A stretch of DNA of 38,727 nucleotides from an uncultured Anaerolineales bacterium. GTDB lineage: Bacteria > Chloroflexota > Anaerolineae > B4-G1. The translations under genes were made by a program, and so were the position numbers. The stretch is from positions 1-38,727 of the forward strand of contig CAZQXX010000004.1 of assembly GCA_964597105.1 (NCBI GenBank). The letters are read 5' to 3'. Positions within the stretch are counted from its first letter, which is position 1; every line of letters begins with the position of its first letter. Below the pieces are notes generated by a model. That model saw nothing but the letters and a program-made list of their open reading frames with translations. It was not told the DNA's origin and did not search any database. Positions 32,601 through 38,727 of this stretch are shown here, one piece after another.

Positions 32601-32805
32601 GGTCCAGGTCGCCTTCTGGCGGGCGGCCCTTCAGCGAGAGGAACGCGACCCGTTGATCTTGGGCCTGGCGGGAGGGATGGCGGCGCTATTGGCCCACGGG
32701 CTGGTCGACAACGCCGTCTTCTTCCCGGACCTGGCGGTGGCTCTGGCGCTGACCCTCGCGCTGGTTGGTCGGGGCAGGCGCCGGGACGCGGGGGAGCAGG
32801 GCTGA
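29686..32805 (+). CDS. large membrane fusion protein: N-terminal TM anchor, clan GH-A-like TIM-barrel domain, beta-sandwich domain and C-terminal O-antigen ligase/Wzy_C-like polytopic domain
   Basis: The GH-A-like block has YQIWDEPNLAGNWGG in the acid/base position, but KAIWASHWGWN where TE(F)GW is expected. The C-terminal part has more than 10 TM helices with LSLSRGALLLG and FGVGPGNF...LEHPHSILLDHW, typical of O-antigen ligase-like proteins. The ATG at 29686 follows GAGGA by 6 nt and overlaps the yjjX stop by 14 nt. Confidence 0.8.
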   Translation: MWVSSLLRGRRRPEGARRYPAIRCLVWLALLIALVLTGVEVVTAHRRRVQSIPQGFPAPVSGADVPTLGVNVSLEQYDDQDLDALLGRIAGDGFVWVRQSFTWHQIEPSAGAFDWSASDRVVEAVGRFPALRLVAVLEDDPPSPPDDPHRFAAFAAAFAERYGDRVTAYQIWDEPNLAGNWGGARVSPAAYADLLTRAASAIRAADPDALILLAGLAPTTETGPQNLSEARYLERLYKAGAGPAFDVVAAKPYGFDTGPYDRRVDESVLNFSRILLLRQVMVEHDDGDKAIWASHWGWNALPQGWDGGTSIWGQTDEETQASWSVAALERARTEWPWIGAMIIENLQAAGPLTTADGAVPGEEPGAPPYDPRWGFSLLGRDGSARPVYDALAAWRRSLPDGAPVGGYTMDSPWTAYEGDWRLGSGGADPGPEPGPGSGVTAENRATFRFDGTRVALSVRRGPYRGFLAVTVDGEPANALPRDEAGRAYVVLYDQEPGLATVPLVTGLEPGGHTVTVAVEGGHGEWPLVDWRVGATPVQDGTAWILGALAVAALIVGALLLLEARRVDWTGLAVRFRAWPEWGQAGLTAGVVGVFWGAVWVGWGSYPAYDGSLSLVPATGLIVAGLALPVMGFLFALRLDLGLALVALSAPFYLVPDAMAHQAVSVPQILIVLCAVAHSLTRQAPSSRRLWSQHVSSLARTGTDLAVGLLLAAALVASVAADDRAAALYELWTVFTPLALTYGLLRLARLDREAEWRVADGFILGGLAVALVGLAQLALGRNLVVAEGGLPRLQSVYHSPNNVGLYLGRVWPLLAAVALVGSGRRRKLYALALVPVTAALVLSLSRGALLLGVPASIVVIGWLAGGRFRRLAVALLLVGAVSLVPLLRLPRFAALFDLGEGTTFFRLKLWRSTLQMIREHPLFGVGPGNFLHAYRTRYVLPTAWEEFNLEHPHSILLDHWTRLGLLGLVAGLAVQVAFWRAALQREERDPLILGLAGGMAALLAHGLVDNAVFFPDLAVALALTLALVGRGRRRDAGEQG

Positions 32806-32828
32806 GCCTCCCGCTCTCGGGATATCCT

Positions 32829-33296
32829 CTATAGATACGGCTGCAGCAGGGCGAGGATCCGCTGGAGAGGCGCGATATCGTCCTCATCGAACTGACGCAG
32901 CTCACCCGAGTCGATGTCCAGCACGGCCACCACGTTGGATCCCTTGCTCACAGGGATCGCGATCTCACTCTTGGAGCGCGGGTCGCATGCGATGTGGCCG
33001 GCGAACTGCTCCACGTCCGGGACGACGACCGGTTGCCGCGTGCGGACCGCTTGGAGGCAGACGCCGCCCCCCTCCAGGATCTGGCAGGCGACAGGCCCCT
33101 GATACGGCCCCACGTGTAGCCTGTCCTCGCCCGCGACCAGGTAGAAGCCCGTCCAGAAGTGGTGGGGCATCTTGTGGTGGAGCACGGCGCACGTGGTCGC
33201 CATCGCAGCTGTGAGCGTGGGCGATTTCCCCTCGATCAGGGTCTCCAGTTGTTCCGCGATCCGCTCGTAGCGACCGGCTCGTCTGGGGTCGATCAT
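32829..33296 (-). CDS. msrC: free methionine-(R)-sulfoxide reductase (GAF-domain, YebR/MsrC family)
   Basis: WTGFYLV..LHVGPYQGPVACQIL..GGGVC...VPDVEQFAGHIACDPRSKSEIAIPV...VLDIDS closely parallels E. coli YebR. The ATG at 33296 follows AGGAG by 6 nt. Confidence 0.85.
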   Translation of the reverse strand: MIDPRRAGRYERIAEQLETLIEGKSPTLTAAMATTCAVLHHKMPHHFWTGFYLVAGEDRLHVGPYQGPVACQILEGGGVCLQAVRTRQPVVVPDVEQFAGHIACDPRSKSEIAIPVSKGSNVVAVLDIDSGELRQFDEDDIAPLQRILALLQPYL

Positions 33297-33354
33297 CGTG
33301 GTCTCCTTCCATGCATGGTATTCCTTCGCCTCCAACGGGGCGACCCACCCATCC

Positions 33355-33389
33355 GCAACAAGCGCCCCTCCCGGGGTGGGGAGGGGCGC
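33355..33389 (-). terminator. intrinsic terminator candidate after the CBS/ACT gene
   Basis: An 11-bp perfect GC stem: GCGCCCCTCCC (33362-33372) pairs with GGGAGGGGCGC (33379-33389) across a 6-nt loop. On the minus strand it is followed by TTGTTG, a weak U-tract. Confidence 0.6.
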
Positions 33390-33422
33390 AGGGTTGATCC
33401 ACTGTCGCGCAGGACTGGCTAC

Positions 33423-34088
33423 TTAGTCGCACGCGGGCAGCTTGCAGAAGCGGGCATCCTCCAGCTCGAGGCCCATCTCCTCCATTGCCGCGACCAGCGC
33501 GTCCATATCAGCATCTTTCTCGACCCGGATGGTTACCAGGTAGCTGCTCGGGTCCTCTCCCATGATGGTGCTGAGCGCGGTAATATTGGTGCCCATCTCG
33601 AAGATCTTGCTCGTGATCTTGGCCAGCATGCCCTCCTCGTCCGGGACGAACATGCTGACGCGCACGCCCTCCTCCCGACCGCCCAGCATCTCCAGGAACG
33701 TTTTGAACAGATCGGTCTCGGTGATGATGCCGACCAGCTTGCCGTCGCGCATCACGGGCAAGCCGCCGATCTTGTTGTCGGCCATCACCCGGGCTGCTTC
33801 CTCCAGGGGCGTGTCCTCGGTCACGGTGATGACGTCGGTGGTCATCACGTCCTTCATCTTGATCTTGGCCAGCAAGTATGGGATCTCGTAGACGCTCAGC
33901 GACGTCGCTGGCGAGGGAGAGACCTTGAGGAGATCCAGCTCGGAGACGATGCCCACCATCGTTCCCCGCTTGTCCACCACGGGAAGCCGTCTGACGTCCT
34001 CGTTGTGCATCAGCCTCAGGGCATCCTCGACGCCGACGTTATCTCGTACGGTGATGGGGGGCCTGCTCATCCGGTCCTTGACTAACAT
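33423..34088 (-). CDS. CBS-pair plus ACT domain protein (AcuB-like)
   Basis: Two CBS motifs (VKDRMSRPPITV...RRLPVVDKRGTMVGIVSELDL and VMTTDVITV...IGGLPVMRDGKLVGIITETDL), followed by an ACT-like C-terminus. The ATG at 34088 follows a perfect AGGAGG. Confidence 0.8.
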   Translation of the reverse strand: MLVKDRMSRPPITVRDNVGVEDALRLMHNEDVRRLPVVDKRGTMVGIVSELDLLKVSPSPATSLSVYEIPYLLAKIKMKDVMTTDVITVTEDTPLEEAARVMADNKIGGLPVMRDGKLVGIITETDLFKTFLEMLGGREEGVRVSMFVPDEEGMLAKITSKIFEMGTNITALSTIMGEDPSSYLVTIRVEKDADMDALVAAMEEMGLELEDARFCKLPACD

Positions 34089-34216
34089 AGTTAACCTCCT
34101 AGTTCTGAGTTGCGATGAACAGCTATAATCTAAACAGGCGTCTATCCTATTATAGTCGATTGAGAGCAAAAGGCCAGTCGAGCGACCGACGGTGCAGGTC
34201 TCTATCATTCTTGGGT

Positions 34217-34313
34217 AACCTTGCGAAGGTTCGGCCCCCGGACGGTATCAAGTGGTGGCTGTGCTCTAGACATCGGTCTGCCCAGGCTGCTGCTGCCCGA
34301 CCTTCGCAAGGTT
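34217..34313 (-). other. 97-nt intercistronic element closed by a 17-bp long-range helix (function unknown)
   Basis: AACCTTGCGAAGGT-T-CGG (34217-34234) pairs with CCG-ACCTTCGCAAGGTT (34297-34313): 14 bp, a 1-nt bulge, then 3 bp, enclosing 62 nt. It lies in the 263-nt gap between ssnA and the CBS/ACT gene. There is no U-tract on either strand. Confidence 0.5.
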
Positions 34314-34351
34314 TAGCTTCAAAACGACAAGACTCTGGCGTCGTTGGCACG

Positions 34352-35677
34352 CTACAGTCGGCGCCAGGCCGCAGCCGCCAGCTCTCGTGAGCGGGCGGTG
34401 ATCGCCTCCTCGTCCAGCGTCAGCAGCGTCCGGTCCCGCATCAGTACCTCGCCGGCGCAGACCGTGCTGGTGATCATCGAGGCCTCGACGCCGAACAGGA
34501 GGTGCCACGGCAGGTTGTCCGCCGAGAGCGGCGTCGTCGGCTTGTAGTCGATGAACACCAGATCCGCCATAGCCCCTTCCTCCAGGATCCCCAGCGTCTG
34601 GTCCGGCCAGAACACTCTCGCGAGCCGGGCGTTGTTCCCGTACTCCAGGTCCATCACCACGTTGCCGGGCATCGCCTGCGGGTCGCCCTGATCGAGCTTG
34701 TGCACGAAGTAGGCGGCCTTCATCTCGGCGAACATCTGATTGGAGAACCCGTCATTGCCCAGCCCGACGTGGACCCCTCGTCTTAGCATCATCTCCACCG
34801 GTGCCACGCCCACGGCGTTGTTCATGTTCGAGCGGGGCTGATGGGTCACCCATGTCTCCGTGTCTGCCAGCCGTTCGATCTCGCTCTCCGAGACGTGCAC
34901 GCAGTGGACGGCGATGGTCTTCGGCCCCAGGATCCCCGCGTTCCCCAGCCGATGAACCACGCGCGTGCCGCTCCGACGCACCGAGTCCTCCTGATCGGAC
35001 ACTCCCTCCGCCACGTGGATGTGAAAGCCGAGTCCCAGCTCGTCGGCAGCGGTGACGCAGTCGGCCAGGGTCTCGTCGGAGAGGGTGAGGGAGGCGTGGA
35101 GCCCGAAGGAGGCCGCTAACCGCGGGTCGTCCCTCACGGCTTTGGCAAATCGGGCGTTCTCCTCAATCCCGGCCCGAGCCCGCTTCGGGCCGTCGCGATC
35201 CGTCACCTCGTAGCACAGGCTGGCCCGGAGCCCCGCCCGGCGCACGGCCTCGCCGATGACGTCGAGGCTGCCGTCGATGGCGTTGGGGCTCGCGTGGTGG
35301 TCGATGAGTGTCGTCGTCCCGTGGCGGATCGCGTCGACGAGGCAGACCAGGGCCGAATACCGCACGTCCTCCAGCGTCAGTGCCTTGTCCAGCCGCCACC
35401 ACAGTCGCTCGAGGATCTGGGGGAACGTCTCCGGCGGCTCCCCCGGGATCCCCATCCCGCGAGAGAAGGCGCCGTAGAAATGCGTGTGCCCGCAGATCGA
35501 GGCCGGGAGCACCAGCTGTCCTCTGGCGTCCCAGCGGTCGACGCCCGGGAACCGGGTGGCCAGGTCGGTGGTCGTTCCGAGCGCCGTGATGCGCTGGCCT
35601 TGAATGAGCAAGGCCCCGTCATCGATCAGCTCGGGCTCGCTGCCGAGGGTAGCCAGTCGAGCGTGTATGATCAGCAC
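34352..35677 (-). CDS. ssnA: SsnA-type putative aminohydrolase (amidohydrolase superfamily)
   Basis: The blocks CGHTHFYGAFSRGM, LWWRLDKAL, LIDHHASP, HIHVAEG, QPRSNMNNAVG, LGNDGFS, MFAEMKAAYF and a C-terminal AAAWRRL all parallel E. coli SsnA. Start set to the GTG at 35675-35677 (VLIIHARL), 6 nt after AAGGAGG, giving 441 aa. Confidence 0.85.
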   Translation of the reverse strand: MLIIHARLATLGSEPELIDDGALLIQGQRITALGTTTDLATRFPGVDRWDARGQLVLPASICGHTHFYGAFSRGMGIPGEPPETFPQILERLWWRLDKALTLEDVRYSALVCLVDAIRHGTTTLIDHHASPNAIDGSLDVIGEAVRRAGLRASLCYEVTDRDGPKRARAGIEENARFAKAVRDDPRLAASFGLHASLTLSDETLADCVTAADELGLGFHIHVAEGVSDQEDSVRRSGTRVVHRLGNAGILGPKTIAVHCVHVSESEIERLADTETWVTHQPRSNMNNAVGVAPVEMMLRRGVHVGLGNDGFSNQMFAEMKAAYFVHKLDQGDPQAMPGNVVMDLEYGNNARLARVFWPDQTLGILEEGAMADLVFIDYKPTTPLSADNLPWHLLFGVEASMITSTVCAGEVLMRDRTLLTLDEEAITARSRELAAAAWRRL

Positions 35678-35752
35678 GGATGACCTCCTTTTGCGCGTCA
35701 ATCGACGGCGAATCGGGGAAGTGGGTCTTGCGGGGTCACCTCCCGGCACGGA

Positions 35753-36469
35753 TCAGATCAGGCCCATCCAGCGGAGCGGCTCGTAGAAGAAGGCGGGGAG
35801 CACCCCGAGGGCGTCGAGCACGAACACGGAAGCGCAGGCCACGATGAGCAGGAGGACGAGGCAGCCGATCCCAGCCCACAGCCACGTTCGGTTTGGCTGC
35901 GCCTCTTCCTGGCGATAAGACGGCGCCGGGGTAGACGACGGCCGGCTATGGAAGCGCTCCGCCGGCTCTCCGGGGGGCGTCCGCCGCTCTGCTTCCACCC
36001 GCCGCTCCGCCTCCACCCGCTGCGGCGGGTACGCTTGCTCAGCAAGACGCGTCTGCTCAGCGGGCTCCATCCTTTCGGGAGGTTGATCGCGAGGAGGCCT
36101 CGGGGGCGGCGGGGGAACATGCGCCGGCCAGCCGGCCGGAAGAGACCGGCCGGCCTCTTCCGGCACCACCTCGTACCGGTAGACCAGCGCCACCGCTTCC
36201 CCCAGCTCAATCACGTCGCCCCGGGTCAGCGCTCGGGGCTGAGACAGGTAGGCGCCGTTGACGAAGGTCCCGTTCGTACTGTCCAGGTCCTCAATCACCC
36301 AGGTCCTCTCCTCCCGCGCGATGCGCGCGTGGTGCCGCGATACCTGGGGGTGGTCGATCACGACGTCGTTCCGGGGATCACGGCCAAGGGTGACGGTGTC
36401 CCCGTGCAGGCGAACTGTCTCGCCCGTTCGAGGCCCTCTGATCAGGACCAACTGGGCATCGTCTGTCAT
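35753..36469 (-). CDS. FHA-domain protein with Pro-rich linker and C-terminal TM anchor
   Basis: The N-terminal FHA domain reads VTLGRDPRNDVVIDHPQVSRHHARI...STNGTFVNG. The linker holds a tandem RVEAER x2. The C-terminal TM segment is WLWAGIGCLVLLLIVACASVFVL. The ATG at 36469 follows GGGAG by 7 nt. Confidence 0.85.
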   Translation of the reverse strand: MTDDAQLVLIRGPRTGETVRLHGDTVTLGRDPRNDVVIDHPQVSRHHARIAREERTWVIEDLDSTNGTFVNGAYLSQPRALTRGDVIELGEAVALVYRYEVVPEEAGRSLPAGWPAHVPPPPPRPPRDQPPERMEPAEQTRLAEQAYPPQRVEAERRVEAERRTPPGEPAERFHSRPSSTPAPSYRQEEAQPNRTWLWAGIGCLVLLLIVACASVFVLDALGVLPAFFYEPLRWMGLI

Positions 36470-36618
36470 TCTCACGCTCCCGTTTCGCTGGAGATCCGCG
36501 ACGTAGAGTCTCTCGTTGTCTGGCGACTGATGGTGTCTTTCGTCGGGATCTCGATCTCCGACCGGGCCGGATGGTGGGCCAGGGTCCTGCGCCAGGACAT
36601 TCCCAGAGCAGCCGTCCC

Positions 36619-36647
36619 AGTATACGCTTGGGGTGTGCAGTTGTCAA
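36619..36647 (-). promoter_or_regulatory. consensus promoter of the FHA-ssnA operon
   Basis: Minus-strand TTGACA (plus 36642-36647), 17-nt spacer, TATACT (plus 36619-36624). This predicts a 5' leader of about 140 nt. Confidence 0.65.
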
Positions 36648-36668
36648 ACAGCTTGCTTGTGGTACACT
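36641..36668 (+). promoter_or_regulatory. extended -10 promoter candidate of the dipeptidase-trmD operon
   Basis: TTGTCA (36641-36646), 16-nt spacer, TGgTACACT (-10 at 36663-36668). Its -35 hexamer overlaps the -35 of the divergent FHA promoter. Confidence 0.55.
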
Positions 36669-36748
36669 TGCCGCCCAGCGATCGGGGATCTGCCCCCGGT
36701 CGACTCTCACAGACGCCCTTTACACAGACCCGCCAGATGGAGCTCTTG

Positions 36749-37804
36749 ATGACCGTGATGATCGTTGACGCCCACGAAGATATTGCCTGGAACGTGCTTG
36801 CGCTGGAGCGCGACGTGCGCCGGAGTGCGCTGGAGACCCGCCGCCTGGAGGTGGGGACAGACGCCCCCCAGCGGAACGGGATCTGTATGGTCGGCGTGCC
36901 GGAGTGGCTTGAAGGGAACGTGGCCCTCGTGTTTGGCACGGTCTACGTGGCTCCGGCGGAACGGGGGAGGAGATCGGGACCCCAGGTCTACTCGAGCCGT
37001 GAGGAGGCCCACGCGTTGGGGCAGAGGCAACTCGATGTCTACCACCGCCTGGCGGATCAGGACGAGCGGCTGGCCCTCGTCGGCACCCGGGACGACCTGG
37101 ACGGGGTGCTCGACTCCTGGGAGGGCGAGTCGCCCGTGGTGGGTCTCGTCCCGCTCATGGAGGGGGCCGACCCGATTCGTGAGCCCGCTGAGGCGGAGTT
37201 GTGGTTCGAGCGGGGCATTCGCCTGATCGGGCTCTCCTGGAAGGCGGGGACGCGCTACGCCGGAGGTGACGCGAGCGGGGGCCGGCTCACGGATGCCGGG
37301 CGAGAGCTGTTGGACGTGATCGCCGATCTGGGCATGGTGCTCGACGTCAGCCACCTGGCGGAAGCGTCGTTCTATGAGGCGCTCGGCCGTTTCGAGGGCC
37401 ACGTAGTCGCCACCCACGCCAATCCTCGAGGCCTGGTGCCGGGAGCCCGTCAGCTCTCCGATGAGATGATCCACCGCCTGGCCGAGCGCGACGGCGTGAT
37501 CGGGATCGTGCCTGCCAATGCCTTCCTCCGTCCTGACTGGCGCACGACGCGACCGACGCTGGATGACGTCGTTGCTCTCATCGATCACGTTTGTCAGGTA
37601 GTCGGCGATGCCGCCCACGTCGGTCTGGGCTCCGATTTCGACGGCGGCTTCGGCGCCGACGATACCCCGCCCGAGCTCGATACCGTGGCCGACCTGCAGC
37701 GGATTGGACCCGCGCTGGCCCGGGCCGAATACGACGAGGAACACGTGGCAGCGATCCTGGGCGGGAACTGGCTGCGCGTCCTGGAGGATGCCCTGCCGGA
37801 CTGA
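36749..37804 (+). CDS. membrane dipeptidase (peptidase family M19)
   Basis: [45 protein letters not shown] and GLGSDFDGG match the M19 metal-ligand blocks. The ATG at 36749 follows GGAG by 6 nt; the ATGs at 36737 and 36758 are alternatives. Confidence 0.85.
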   Translation: MTVMIVDAHEDIAWNVLALERDVRRSALETRRLEVGTDAPQRNGICMVGVPEWLEGNVALVFGTVYVAPAERGRRSGPQVYSSREEAHALGQRQLDVYHRLADQDERLALVGTRDDLDGVLDSWEGESPVVGLVPLMEGADPIREPAEAELWFERGIRLIGLSWKAGTRYAGGDASGGRLTDAGRELLDVIADLGMVLDVSHLAEASFYEALGRFEGHVVATHANPRGLVPGARQLSDEMIHRLAERDGVIGIVPANAFLRPDWRTTRPTLDDVVALIDHVCQVVGDAAHVGLGSDFDGGFGADDTPPELDTVADLQRIGPALARAEYDEEHVAAILGGNWLRVLEDALPD

Positions 37805-38676
37805 TGAGTGCGCCTATGCGTGATCCGACGCACGACGTGGCCGCCTCACAGGCTCTTGGGGCGTCGGACCCTGGGGCGTCGCGCCCCAGGGCCATTCACT
37901 TCGACGTCTTCACCCTGTTCCCGGAGATGTTCCGCGGCCCCCTGGACGAGAGCATCCTCGGGCGCGCGCAGGAGGACGGTCACCTCTCCGTGGCCCTCCA
38001 CAACATCCGCGACTACGCCACCGACAAGCACCACGTCACGGACGAGCCCCCCTACGGCGGGGGCGGAGGCATGGTGATGAAGGCCGAGCCCATCTTCAGT
38101 GCGGTGGAGGCGGTTCTCGGAGACGAGGCCCCCAGTCGGGTGGAGGAGAGGACCCCGGGATCGGCAGATGAACCCGTTCCGGTAGTTCTCCTGACGCCTC
38201 AGGGACGGTGTTTCTCTCAGGATAGGGCGGAGGCCCTCTCCAGGCAGGGGCGCATCGCGCTCATCTGTGGGCGTTACGAGGGCGTCGATGAGCGCGTCCG
38301 CCAGCATCTGGCGACGGATGAGCTGTCGATCGGTGATTACGTGCTCACGGGCGGTGAGCTGGCCGCCATGGTCGTGATCGATGCCGTTACCCGGCTCCTC
38401 CCGGGCGTGCTGGGGGATCCGACGGCCACCGTCGAGGACTCCCACGCCCGGGGCCTTCTGGAAGGGCCCCACTACACGCGCCCCCGGATCTTCCGCGGCT
38501 GGGAGGTGCCCGAGATACTTCTATCCGGAGATCACGCCGCGGTCGCCCGCTGGCGGCGGGAGGAGGCCTTGCGTCGGACCCTGGAGCGCCGGCCCGAGCT
38601 GCTCGACGGGGCGGCGCTGACGCCTCAGGATCGTGAGTTTCTGGAGCGTCTGCGGGCTGAATCCGACACGCCTTGA
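37804..38676 (+). CDS. trmD: tRNA (guanine37-N1)-methyltransferase
   Basis: [40 protein letters not shown] and [30 protein letters not shown] are canonical TrmD blocks. The ATG at 37804 overlaps the dipeptidase TGA stop (TGATG). That start adds an N-terminal extension of about 33 aa; alternatives are the ATG at 37816 and the GTG at 37837. Confidence 0.9.
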   Translation: MSAPMRDPTHDVAASQALGASDPGASRPRAIHFDVFTLFPEMFRGPLDESILGRAQEDGHLSVALHNIRDYATDKHHVTDEPPYGGGGGMVMKAEPIFSAVEAVLGDEAPSRVEERTPGSADEPVPVVLLTPQGRCFSQDRAEALSRQGRIALICGRYEGVDERVRQHLATDELSIGDYVLTGGELAAMVVIDAVTRLLPGVLGDPTATVEDSHARGLLEGPHYTRPRIFRGWEVPEILLSGDHAAVARWRREEALRRTLERRPELLDGAALTPQDREFLERLRAESDTP

Positions 38677-38727
38677 GCCCCCGCGTGATGGCGGCTCGGT
38701 CGGGGCTTTATCATTGTCGGTAACCTT

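Noticed and set aside
34217-34313. Interpreting the 97-nt helix element as SRP (4.5S) RNA, a tRNA-like gene or an intrinsic terminator
   Set aside because: It has AGCAGCC and GGCAGA strings, but not the conserved domain IV arrangement with a GGAA tetraloop. No cloverleaf can be drawn, and there is no U-tract on either strand. It is kept as an unclassified structured element instead.
35983-36018. 18-nt tandem duplication (GCCGCTCTGCTTCCACCC / GCCGCTCCGCCTCCACCC)
   Set aside because: It simply encodes the RVEAER-RVEAER duplication in the disordered linker of the FHA protein. There are only two copies and no independent significance.
38676-38715. Possible terminator after trmD (AGCCCC ... GGGGCT followed by TTATCATT)
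   Set aside because: The stem is only 6 bp with a 20-nt loop and a poor U-tract, and the window ends immediately after it. The support is too weak to report it as a feature.

Overview
This is a GC-rich, densely coded chromosomal segment. I call about 36 protein genes, 2 tRNA genes (Phe-GAA, Gly-GCC), several near-consensus sigma70-type promoters and 4 intrinsic terminators. I found no rRNA, CRISPR array, transposase, integrase or prophage gene. Pro/Thr-rich linkers in three secreted proteins, the many envelope-glycan genes and the absence of outer-membrane components suggest a Chloroflexota-like monoderm host; that is inference only.

Gene content by region:
- 143-1204: a cinA-like gene, tRNA-Phe and a small Cys-rich ORF.
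- 1201-8687: an exopolysaccharide-type locus. It holds a GH26-like lipoprotein, a processive GT2 synthase, a GT-C membrane transferase and a divergent 931-aa beta-helix protein.
- 8692-10809: a proline-racemase-family gene paired with an ornithine-cyclodeaminase-family gene.
- 11008-16936: a DNA-repair neighbourhood. An MrfA-type DExH/DUF1998 helicase carries an inserted HNH-like module, followed by a HAD phosphatase, ogt, a lipoprotein and an MrfB-type DEDDh exonuclease with TPR repeats.
- 17078-33296: cell-envelope genes. These are an L,D-transpeptidase, CapA-like protein, polyprenyl-phosphate-type GT2, amidase, ttcA, rfbB, a TPR protein, prepilin peptidase, GT39-like protein, yjjX, a large GH-like/O-antigen-ligase-like fusion and msrC.
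- 33423-36469: an FHA / ssnA / CBS-ACT operon containing a long structured spacer.
- 36749-38676: an M19 dipeptidase translationally coupled to trmD.

The items most worth a second look are the HNH-bearing MrfA-like helicase with its split mrfA/mrfB arrangement, the atypical synthase-dependent polysaccharide locus, the GH-like/Wzy-like fusion whose predicted nucleophile Glu appears replaced by His, and the 97-nt long-range helix inside the FHA-ssnA-CBS operon.

All family calls rest on motifs read by eye from the ORF translations. No database search or folding program was run.
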